Virus record (IMG/VR): IMGVR_UViG_3300022666_000010
Coordinates: 1-35,040 of that record
Direction: 5' to 3' (one strand)
DNA length: 35,040 nt
Origin: a virus
Lineage: Duplodnaviria; Caudoviricetes
The notes under the pieces are model-generated. The model saw nothing but the letters and a program-made list of their open reading frames with translations. It did not search any database and was not told the origin of the DNA. Position 1 is the first letter of the stretch. Every line of letters starts with the position of its first letter. A program made the translations under genes and the position numbers. This document shows, in pieces, positions 17,785-25,586 of this stretch.

Positions 17785-18096
17785 ATGCGAGGCTTTCCGA
17801 AGCACCTGAACACACGGGCCGATTACGAATACGTGGCCGGCAATTTCCCGGCCGAAAAATGGCAGCCGCACTTTCAGTCTCTCCTGGATCAGCGGGCCGC
17901 GTGGATTCCAACCGGGGAGCTGAAGGAGGGCGAAAAGGTTGTGGAGAGTAAATCAGTCCGCGTCGCGGAAGTGCGCGACGAGACCGGCCAGACAGCGCTT
18001 GCGCGAGTCCGGGAGGAATTCCGGGACGATCCGAATGCTTTGATTGTGCGGCTTGGGTTTACGGTGGAGGGAGTCGAGAAGGCGCTGGCCGAATGA
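17785..18096 (+). CDS. Hypothetical protein, possibly fibre-associated
   Basis: GAGGTG RBS; M.GFPKHLNT..DYE N-terminus. Confidence 0.7.
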   Translation: MRGFPKHLNTRADYEYVAGNFPAEKWQPHFQSLLDQRAAWIPTGELKEGEKVVESKSVRVAEVRDETGQTALARVREEFRDDPNALIVRLGFTVEGVEKALAE

Positions 18097-18178
18097 GACG
18101 GTGAGCGAGGACGGGAAAACTACGACCCCTTGCGTGTATCGGCAGGGTGCGGGACGAATCAGCGGGGAATGATATGAC

Positions 18179-18412
18179 ATGCGCGGAAACTGCCTGATAT
18201 ACGCACTCAGGAAGTGGTGGAGAGAGGGAGGCTACCTTGTTATACGCCGGTCTCACGCATCGCGGTTCATCCCTCACGTCCTGCATCTTGATGCTGATAT
18301 GTGCGCACATAAGCGGTGCATGTCTCATTTTGTGCCGTGTCGTCAAAAGATGGATTGGAAGAAATTCGTACATAAGCTGTGGTTCACTGGAAAGGTGAAG
18401 AAAGGGGATTAA
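18179..18412 (+). CDS. Small basic hypothetical protein
   Basis: NCL.YA...W...GGYL..RRS...PH.LH...F.G.V..GD pattern. Confidence 0.6.
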   Translation: MRGNCLIYALRKWWREGGYLVIRRSHASRFIPHVLHLDADMCAHKRCMSHFVPCRQKMDWKKFVHKLWFTGKVKKGD

Positions 18413-18423
18413 GGGGAGTCGAG

Positions 18424-18672
18424 ATGACGCGACCTGATTACAGCGGCTGGCTGACGGATGAGGATGTGGCGCGGATTGTAACCGCAATGCACGCGGTTCC
18501 GCGCCAGTGCCAGTTTTCGGAAGAGGAACGGCAGATAATCCGCGACATGGCATCAGGGGGGAAACTGCTGAAAAAAGGGATAATCTACCTCCTTGTCGCC
18601 CTCGCCCTGTATGCCGTGATTGCCAAGTCTGCGCTATTGAAAGCGGCTCAGGTTGTGGGGTTGATAAAGTGA
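18424..18672 (+). CDS. Single-TM membrane protein (possible holin/antiholin)
   Basis: GGAG RBS; C-terminal hydrophobic segment IIYLLVALALYAVIA. Confidence 0.55.
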   Translation: MTRPDYSGWLTDEDVARIVTAMHAVPRQCQFSEEERQIIRDMASGGKLLKKGIIYLLVALALYAVIAKSALLKAAQVVGLIK

Positions 18673-18857
18673 TGGAATGTTACCGGCAGCAGACATGCCC
18701 CGTGCGGAACGGGAAAGCCTGCCAGGGCCGATTCTGCCGCGACACATGCCCTCACCTGACAAGGCTGGAGGAGGAAAATGGAATCGAACCAGCGGAGCTG
18801 TCCGAAGAACTGCCCCGCGAAAATGAGCGGGGCGATGGCGCATGTAACGAACCCTGA
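18672..18857 (+). CDS. Cys-rich hypothetical microprotein
   Basis: MECYRQQTCPV...C...C...CP; TGATG overlap. Confidence 0.45.
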   Translation: MECYRQQTCPVRNGKACQGRFCRDTCPHLTRLEEENGIEPAELSEELPRENERGDGACNEP

Positions 18858-18880
18858 TTGTGTATGGCGAGGCGTAGAAA

Positions 18881-19078
18881 ATGGAACGCAGCCTGCTGAT
18901 AAAAGAGAACCTGAAGCTGAAGAAGGAAATTGAAGTATTGACCGAAGCCCTGGCGCAGATGAGGGCGACGGCCGAGGCGCTGGCGCACATCAACACCTAC
19001 ACCTGCGAGAAAATGAACAGCCCGTTGAAATTGATTCCCGGAGGCAAAGAATGTCCTGCGACACCAGATGCCCCTTAG
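18881..19078 (+). CDS. Short coiled-coil hypothetical protein
   Basis: Heptad pattern LIKENLKLKKEIEVLTEAL. Confidence 0.45.
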   Translation: MERSLLIKENLKLKKEIEVLTEALAQMRATAEALAHINTYTCEKMNSPLKLIPGGKECPATPDAP

Positions 19079-19194
19079 CAAATCAAGCGTGCGAAGATTG
19101 CACGAACAACGAGCCACCCGCAGACGGGCCAGATCCGGACATGCTGAAGCCGAGTGCACGGGATTATTTCCGGGCGGGAACATGGGGGATGTGA
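19051..19194 (+). CDS. 47-aa Cys-containing microprotein (not in ORF track)
   Basis: GGAGG at 19040-19044; hand translation MSCDTRCPLANQACEDCT... Confidence 0.4.
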   Translation: MSCDTRCPLANQACEDCTNNEPPADGPDPDMLKPSARDYFRAGTWGM

Positions 19195-19307
19195 AGAAAT
19201 GCCGGAATTGCGGCGGCGGTGATTTCTGGCAGTCGGCCCATACCGGCGACATGATTTGTCGGGTGTGTCATCCGCCGGCGCCGGGAGCGGAGAAGAGAAG
19301 TGAATAA
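19182..19307 (+). CDS. Zinc-ribbon microprotein
   Basis: CRNC...FW...ICRVCHPP; start ATG 19182 or GTG 19191. Confidence 0.5.
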   Translation: MGDVKKCRNCGGGDFWQSAHTGDMICRVCHPPAPGAEKRSE

Positions 19308-19779
19308 CTGGCCCCATCAAGAAAACTGCGCCTTGCACTACGGCAATCCCCGCGATGCCAAGTTCGAGCAGCGCAACATTGTCACCGTTCCGTTCCCGTG
19401 GCTCGCGGTCACATCATGGGACGGTAAGCGGGTGAAAGGTGCGCGGGTACATCGCGATTGCGCCAACAGTCTGGCGCGGATATTTGCCGTCATTTGGTCG
19501 GCTGCCGGAAACTCCCAGGACGTGATAAACGAGTGGGGGATGAACAAGTTCGGCGGCGGGTACGCCTTCCGGCAAATCAGGGGCGGCAAATCTCTTTCGA
19601 TGCACGCCTATGGATGCGCGGTCGATTTCGACCCGGGACGGAACCCGCTCGGTGGACAGCATCCCCATTTTTCCGAATGCCCGATTGTGTTGGCGGCGTT
19701 TGATGTCGAGGGGTGGGTATGGGGCGGCAGTTGGCAGAGGAAAGACGGGATGCACTGGCAGGCGGCAAGGGTAGGGTAA
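19300..19779 (+). CDS. Endolysin, peptidase M15 family
   Basis: R.IRGG..LSMHAYGCAVD and WGG.W..KDGMHWQ zinc-peptidase motifs. Confidence 0.9.
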   Translation: MNNWPHQENCALHYGNPRDAKFEQRNIVTVPFPWLAVTSWDGKRVKGARVHRDCANSLARIFAVIWSAAGNSQDVINEWGMNKFGGGYAFRQIRGGKSLSMHAYGCAVDFDPGRNPLGGQHPHFSECPIVLAAFDVEGWVWGGSWQRKDGMHWQAARVG

Positions 19780-19868
19780 GGATCGGGCTGAAAAAACGGC
19801 TCACAGAGCCTCTCAGCGCGTCTGGCGTGAAACGTAGTAAAACGCAAGTGAAACAAGGGGGTTACGCC

Positions 19869-20210
19869 ATGTTTCAAAACATTTTCCTCAACTGGCTGAC
19901 AGGAATGGCAGGAAAACGGCTCGATGGCAGAAAAACGCAGGTCGGCGGCGTGGCGCTCATCCTTGCGGCGCTCTGCCAAGTCATCATGGCCATGTTCCCG
20001 GACATTACCATACCCGGCATGGAGCATGTCGATTGGGATACCACCATCGGGATGGTGCGGGATGGCCTCGCGGCGTTTGGTGTGGGGATGACCGGTACGG
20101 GCGTAGTGCATAAAGCGTTCAAGGCCGGGCTGGCGTTACCGCCTCCTGCACCACAGCAACCGAAACCGCCGCAGCAATGGGATGGGAAAGCGCCGGGGCA
20201 AATGCTGTGA
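19869..20210 (+). CDS. Holin-like two-TM membrane protein
   Basis: LDGRKT followed by two hydrophobic segments; next to the endolysin; ATG 19869. Confidence 0.6.
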   Translation: MFQNIFLNWLTGMAGKRLDGRKTQVGGVALILAALCQVIMAMFPDITIPGMEHVDWDTTIGMVRDGLAAFGVGMTGTGVVHKAFKAGLALPPPAPQQPKPPQQWDGKAPGQML

Positions 20211-20300
20211 AATTCGCCATTCGGAAATCCTTCCTGTGCGACCCGGAATATTTTTTCATCCGGCTGTGGAAACGCCTGATCGGGCGAAAGGAGAAAAAGT

Positions 20301-20582
20301 ATGTGGACGTATATCAAGGCAATGATGAGCAACATCGGTAATTTCCTCCTACCATTCGTAAAGATATTTTTGAGCAGTGTCGGCCCCGTACTGGCAAAGG
20401 CGGCGACCTCTGCCGTCAATACCTGCGCCGAGTCGATGTTGACCGCGAATGGCGATGAGAAGCGGACTGCGGCATATAACCTCATCGCCGACGAACTCAA
20501 GCAGGCGGGCGTCACGGCGACGGCGAACATGATCAACTCGGCCATCGAGGCGGCCGTGGCAAAGTTATACGAGGCGGAATAA
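20301..20582 (+). CDS. LL-H-type holin-like protein
   Basis: N-terminal hydrophobic segment, GDEKR..A...INSAIEAAV; AAGGAG RBS. Confidence 0.6.
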   Translation: MWTYIKAMMSNIGNFLLPFVKIFLSSVGPVLAKAATSAVNTCAESMLTANGDEKRTAAYNLIADELKQAGVTATANMINSAIEAAVAKLYEAE

Positions 20583-21091
20583 TGCCCGACATCAAGACCG
20601 GGACAATCCAGATCACCGGCCTGGCCGACCTTGAAAAGCGCCTCCGTGGTTTGTCTGACAAACTGGCAAAAAACGTATTGCGCGGGGCGGTAAGGGCGGG
20701 GGCGGCTGTGATCCAGAAGGAGGCGAAAGCACGGGTCCCTGTCGCGGCAAAGGCGCATTTGCTCAAGTCGTATAGGTCGAAATTGTTCAAAAATTACAAA
20801 GCGAAGAAATACGGAACGTGGATCCGCCCTGGCAATCTGAAGCGCAATATCAAGGTCCGCCCGAATAAAGAGATTTCAAGGGGCAAGATTACGTATTACG
20901 TCTACGTTTCCGATTTCGACAAAACAACATACTACTGGAAATTCTTGGAATTTGGGACAAGCAAGATGAAAGCGGCCAACGGAGGATCGGGATTCATGCG
21001 GCCGGCATTCGACACGCAGAAAGAGGCCGCAACCACGGCGATCCGCGATTACATGGCAAAGCGGATAGACAAGGAGCTGGGGAAGAAATGA
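20582..21091 (+). CDS. HK97 gp10-like neck/tail completion protein
   Basis: I.GL..L...L, GNLKRNI, YWKFLEFGTSKM...FMRPAFD. Confidence 0.9.
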   Translation: MPDIKTGTIQITGLADLEKRLRGLSDKLAKNVLRGAVRAGAAVIQKEAKARVPVAAKAHLLKSYRSKLFKNYKAKKYGTWIRPGNLKRNIKVRPNKEISRGKITYYVYVSDFDKTTYYWKFLEFGTSKMKAANGGSGFMRPAFDTQKEAATTAIRDYMAKRIDKELGKK

Positions 21092-21318
21092 AAACAGTCT
21101 TCAGAATAGAGGTAGATGGTATCTACACCAAAGTTTTTAGGGATGATGTCGAAATCAAGGATTTGACTAGATTCACATTCAAGGCGGAGCCGGGGGCTAT
21201 CCCGGAGGTGGAGATGGGCCAGATTGTAAAGACGGATGGTGGCGAGGTCAAAAAGATAGACATTACGAGTATTGACTCCTCACGCAAAGAATACAAGGTG
21301 GTTAGTGATGCCCGTTGA
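21088..21318 (+). CDS. Hypothetical protein
   Basis: ATGA overlap; fills the gap in the tail operon. Confidence 0.6.
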   Translation: MKTVFRIEVDGIYTKVFRDDVEIKDLTRFTFKAEPGAIPEVEMGQIVKTDGGEVKKIDITSIDSSRKEYKVVSDAR

Positions 21319-21655
21319 AGGCGATCTGCAAACAGCACTCGGCGCTCTGGTATCGGGCCGCGCATATCCGGCCGGAGATGTCCCCGAACTATGCGAGACG
21401 CCGTATATCGCATATTCGGTTGTCACGAACGTGCCGATGGTATCTCTGGACGGTCCCACCGGAGCGGAGCGGCGCAGGGTACAGGTTGACGTATATGGCA
21501 GCAGTTACGGCGTGGTGAAGGCGCTGGAATCGTCGGTAAAGAGCGCGATGGCCGCGGCGGCAATCGTCAACGTGCCGCTCTACACCATGGACGAGCACGA
21601 GCCGGAAACCAGGCTGCACCGAGTCGTGATGGAGTTTTCAGTTTGGACCGTATAG
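21308..21655 (+). CDS. Tail terminator (DUF3168-like)
   Basis: GRAYP...P...PYI.Y...RVQVDVYG; precedes the tail tube gene. Confidence 0.85.
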   Translation: MPVEGDLQTALGALVSGRAYPAGDVPELCETPYIAYSVVTNVPMVSLDGPTGAERRRVQVDVYGSSYGVVKALESSVKSAMAAAAIVNVPLYTMDEHEPETRLHRVVMEFSVWTV

Positions 21656-21747
21656 GAAGGAGGATTTAACACCAACAAGGACCGTCGTGAGACAGGGCCG
21701 ATTATAAACATGCACCGCTGCGACAGCGGAGCGAAAGGAGCCAAATC

Positions 21748-22425
21748 ATGTCAGACAGTGCAATCACCACGCAGGGGACAACCCTGCACATCGAAGGCTC
21801 GGCGGCCTCCGCCGAAGTACTCACCGCGATAACCGTCGGTTATCCAACAATCCTTGCTATCACCGGCCATGCAGGCGTGGCGAACGGGGACGTAGTCACC
21901 CTGGCCGGATTCACCGGGGCGGACGCGGCGACGCTCAATAGCCTGACGTTCGTGGTCAAAAACTACGCCACCGGCGCTACCAACGACACGTTCGCCATCG
22001 ATGTCAATACCGTCGGGAAAACCATCACAATCGACGCCGGGAACACCACGGCGACTCCGACCGCCTGGATCAAGGTCGGTGAAATCAAGGCCATCAACAA
22101 CACTCCGGGAACCGCTCCGGACATCGACGTGACCGACCTTGACAGCACCCGCAAGGAGTACAAAGTGGGCCTGCCTGACTCCGGCAGCATCAGCATCGAG
22201 TTTTTTGCGCTCGATTCGGACACCGGTCAGGCCGCGATGCTGGCGGCGTATAACGCGCAGTCAACCAAGTCATTCAAAGTCACATATCCCTCCGGCAGCA
22301 CCCCGATCCGCACGTTTAACGCATCGGTAAAGTCGTTCCCCGAAGTTGCCAACAGCATCACACCCGACGGCGTTATCAGCGGAACCGCTGAACTCAAAAT
22401 GAGTGGGACAGTAACCGTCTCCTAA
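21748..22425 (+). CDS. Major tail tube protein
   Basis: QGTTL.I, IDVTDLDS..KEY..GL.D.G, FKVTYP motifs; extra N-proximal domain. Confidence 0.9.
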   Translation: MSDSAITTQGTTLHIEGSAASAEVLTAITVGYPTILAITGHAGVANGDVVTLAGFTGADAATLNSLTFVVKNYATGATNDTFAIDVNTVGKTITIDAGNTTATPTAWIKVGEIKAINNTPGTAPDIDVTDLDSTRKEYKVGLPDSGSISIEFFALDSDTGQAAMLAAYNAQSTKSFKVTYPSGSTPIRTFNASVKSFPEVANSITPDGVISGTAELKMSGTVTVS

Positions 22426-22448
22426 ACCACACAGAAAGGCGTAAACGA

Positions 22449-22784
22449 ATGGTACTGAACAGGGATTCAATTCTGCAAGCGCTGGACTTGAAAAGAGAGG
22501 TCGTGGAAGTTCCGGAGTGGGGCGGAACCGTCATCCTGACGGAACTATCCGCGGCCGACCGCCTCAAGTTCGGCGCGGCAATGGGCGGTAAGGATGATCA
22601 GCGCGTTTTCGTAGCGAAGGCCCTCACATGGTTCATTGTGGACGAAGGCGGGGATCGGATATTCACCGAGGACGACGCCGACATGTTGGCCGGGAAATCG
22701 CTTCCGGTCCTGCAAAGGCTGTGGGACGTGGCGGCGAAACTCAACGCCATGAAAACGGAAGGTGATGACGAAGTAAAAAACTGA
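22449..22784 (+). CDS. Tail assembly chaperone (gpG-like)
   Basis: V.VPEWGG.V...LSAADR; ends in the slippery heptamer A AAA AAC. Confidence 0.88.
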   Translation: MVLNRDSILQALDLKREVVEVPEWGGTVILTELSAADRLKFGAAMGGKDDQRVFVAKALTWFIVDEGGDRIFTEDDADMLAGKSLPVLQRLWDVAAKLNAMKTEGDDEVKN

Positions 22785-23104
22785 AAGGCCAGCCGGAGCG
22801 TCTGTTTGCGTTCCGGCTGGCGCTTCACCTTGGTTATCCCCACCCTGATTACCTGCTGGCCTCGATGAGCAGCAGTCAGTTTTACGAATGGATGGTCTAT
22901 GCCAGCACCGAGCCGTTTGGAGAATTCCGCGCAGAACTGAGGCACGGACAGCAAATGGCACTGACGGCAAACATGAACCGCGACACGAAGAAGAAGCGGG
23001 AACCGTTCACCCCGCAGGAATTCATGAACTTTATTGAGCAGCCAGCAAAGGAATATCAGCCCCTCGACCCTGCACGCATTGACCGGGAGGTGTTCGGATT
23101 ATGA
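22778..23104 (+). CDS. gpT portion of the tail chaperone, reached by -1 frameshift
   Basis: -1 frame is open from 22778 (KLKGQPERLFAFRLALHLG...MSSSQFYEW...EPFGE.R). Confidence 0.8.
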   Translation, partial: KLKGQPERLFAFRLALHLGYPHPDYLLASMSSSQFYEWMVYASTEPFGEFRAELRHGQQMALTANMNRDTKKKREPFTPQEFMNFIEQPAKEYQPLDPARIDREVFGL

Positions 23105-25200
23105 GCGGATCACTTGGAGAGCTTGTCGTATCTATTCGCGCCGATATTGCCCGGTTCCAAAGCGACATGGGGAAAATGCAGAAGTCGGCGCAGGACTCAG
23201 CGGATCGCATCTCCCGATCCCTTGGCGGTTTGGACGGGGCGATAAAAAAAGTCGGCTCTGCCTTCGCAGCACTCGGTATTGGACTATCCGCTGCGGCCCT
23301 CACCTCATGGGTCAAGGGCGCAATCGACGCGGCTGATGAATTGGCAAAAATGAGCCAGCGCGTCGGCCTCACCGTGCAGGAACTCGCCAAGCTGAATTAT
23401 GCGGGATCCCTTGCGGATGTATCAATGGAGCAACTCGGCAAGGGTTTGAAGCAGCTCAGTAAAAACATGGTCGAGGCCGCAGGCGGATCGAAAGAGCAGG
23501 CCGCCGCATTCCGGGCGCTCGGCGTGGAATTCCGGAACGCAGACGGGAGCATGAGGAAGGTTCCGGAGGTATTCTCCGATATCGCCGAAAAGGTTTCCTT
23601 GCTTGATGACGGAGCGGTAAAAACGGCCATATCAATGAAAGTTTTCGGTAAGTCAGGGGCAGACCTGATCCCACTGCTGAATTCAGGGGCCAAGGGCTTA
23701 CAGGAAATGTCTGCTGAGGCTGAAAGGCTCGGCCTGGTAATTGATGAGCGGACCGCGAAAGCCGCAGAGAACTTCAACGATAACCTGACGCGGTTACAAT
23801 CGTCTGGAAAAGGGTTAGCGTTCGCCATCTCGGAGGTAATGCTTCCTCCGCTGGTCCAGCTAACCGACGAACTAAACAGGGTGGCTCAGGCCGACAACAA
23901 GTGGCTCAAAATCATTGGGTACATGCAGACAATCATCAAGTTACAGACGAACCCGCTGTCGTATGTCTGGGATCCGCTGGCGGGGGCAAAGAAAAAGCCG
24001 GGGTCAATCAGCGATATCGCCGGAGGGGTTGCCGGGGCGGCGGCGGGCGCTGCGGGGCAAATAAAGGCAGGCAAGACGAAGTCGGAACTAGCGCTGGAGA
24101 GGTATCTCAAAAGTCTTGAGACACCTACAAAATCGGGCCGAAGTTCTGGGGCCGCATCCAAGGCCGAAGCCGAAGCGAAACGCATCGCAGCCCTTAACGA
24201 GCGCATACAGGAACAGATCGCAAGGGCCAGCAAGGATCAATTGGCGCTTATCGACCTGGAGTCGGCAAAGTACCTTAAGGAAGGCGCGGATCGCATCCTG
24301 ATTGAAAAGTGGGTGGCTACCGAAAAGGACAAAATCAACACGGAAGCCATGAAAGGGGCCTGGAAGAAACTGGAGGACAGCCAGAAGGAGCGCGTCGAAT
24401 TTGAGAAAGAGCGGGCCCAACAGATTAACGCCAATACCCTTGCGGAAATCAGCAACAAGATGTCCCTGGTGGATATCGAAGAACAGTATTACAAGCTGAC
24501 CGCAGGAGAAGCCGCCGCAAAACGGATAACGCTGCTTGGTGAACAACTGGCGCTTCATGAAAAGATCCGCGATGAGGTTGTCGGGTTCGGCCCGGAGGCA
24601 CAGTCGTTACGACTCCAGGAGCAGAAAGAGATTGACGGCATTAACGCCCGGTTGCTGGAGCAGAACAAGATCATCACCGACCGCACGGCTATGGGCGGGT
24701 TCACGAACGCACTCAATGATTACATTGAAGCGGCTCGGAACATGGGGGCGCAGATCCAGGAAGCGACGACAAACGCTTTCAAGAACATGGAAGATGCCCT
24801 CGTCGATTTTGTCACCACCGGCAAGCTCAATTTCTCCAATCTGGTGGATTCCATCATCGCGGATCTGGCACGGATGACCATCAGGCAGAACATCACCGGG
24901 CCACTGGCGTCGGGCCTCAGTTCGGCGCTTTCTGGGTGGTTCGGTAGCGGGGTAAATATCGACACCTGGGGCGGCCTCCCCGGTGGCCTCCTGGGCGGAT
25001 ATGCAAGCGGCACGAATTACGTTCCGGAAACTGGACCGTACCTGCTCCACAAAGGCGAGGCGGTAATTCCGGCCGCACATAACAGTGGCGGCCTAACAAT
25101 CAACGTTCCTGTCTCGGTCGCCGGCAATAACGCCCTGGCGTCGGATCTCCGGAACGAAATTGAACGAACAGTGATTGACGTAGTGCGGAGGCATAGCTGA
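23101..25200 (+). CDS. Tape measure protein
   Basis: 699 aa, Ala-rich helical; FGKSGADLIPLLN; lambda-type C-terminus F..MEDAL..FVTTGKL.F. Confidence 0.93.
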   Translation: MSGSLGELVVSIRADIARFQSDMGKMQKSAQDSADRISRSLGGLDGAIKKVGSAFAALGIGLSAAALTSWVKGAIDAADELAKMSQRVGLTVQELAKLNYAGSLADVSMEQLGKGLKQLSKNMVEAAGGSKEQAAAFRALGVEFRNADGSMRKVPEVFSDIAEKVSLLDDGAVKTAISMKVFGKSGADLIPLLNSGAKGLQEMSAEAERLGLVIDERTAKAAENFNDNLTRLQSSGKGLAFAISEVMLPPLVQLTDELNRVAQADNKWLKIIGYMQTIIKLQTNPLSYVWDPLAGAKKKPGSISDIAGGVAGAAAGAAGQIKAGKTKSELALERYLKSLETPTKSGRSSGAASKAEAEAKRIAALNERIQEQIARASKDQLALIDLESAKYLKEGADRILIEKWVATEKDKINTEAMKGAWKKLEDSQKERVEFEKERAQQINANTLAEISNKMSLVDIEEQYYKLTAGEAAAKRITLLGEQLALHEKIRDEVVGFGPEAQSLRLQEQKEIDGINARLLEQNKIITDRTAMGGFTNALNDYIEAARNMGAQIQEATTNAFKNMEDALVDFVTTGKLNFSNLVDSIIADLARMTIRQNITGPLASGLSSALSGWFGSGVNIDTWGGLPGGLLGGYASGTNYVPETGPYLLHKGEAVIPAAHNSGGLTINVPVSVAGNNALASDLRNEIERTVIDVVRRHS

Positions 25201-25586
25201 TGGCCCATCCAAGTATCGGAACATTCACGCCGAAAATCGGCCCCGGGTCAATGACCATCGTGCGGCCCGAAAAAAAGACCTCCGTGGTGGAAACGTATTC
25301 CAGTGTGGCTTATTTCTCCTGGGCGGCATCTATCGTCGGGAAAGTTATCGAACTCACATGGAACTGGATGGACGGAGAGGATTTCAACGCCCTGGATACC
25401 ATCTATTCCGCCGATGCTGTAGTGGTGTTCGATCCGGGGGACGGCCTCGGCAAAACGTATAATGTCAATGTCCTGTCGGTAGACGGTAAATACTACAAGG
25501 GGACCGGCGTTACGACCGCATCCGTGCGGGTTGACGTTGTCTGCCGTCTCCTTGTCATGAGTCAGGTGGCATATCAGGTGGCATAA
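25200..25586 (+). CDS. Distal tail protein-like
   Basis: Size and position directly after the tape measure gene. Confidence 0.55.
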   Translation: MAHPSIGTFTPKIGPGSMTIVRPEKKTSVVETYSSVAYFSWAASIVGKVIELTWNWMDGEDFNALDTIYSADAVVVFDPGDGLGKTYNVNVLSVDGKYYKGTGVTTASVRVDVVCRLLVMSQVAYQVA

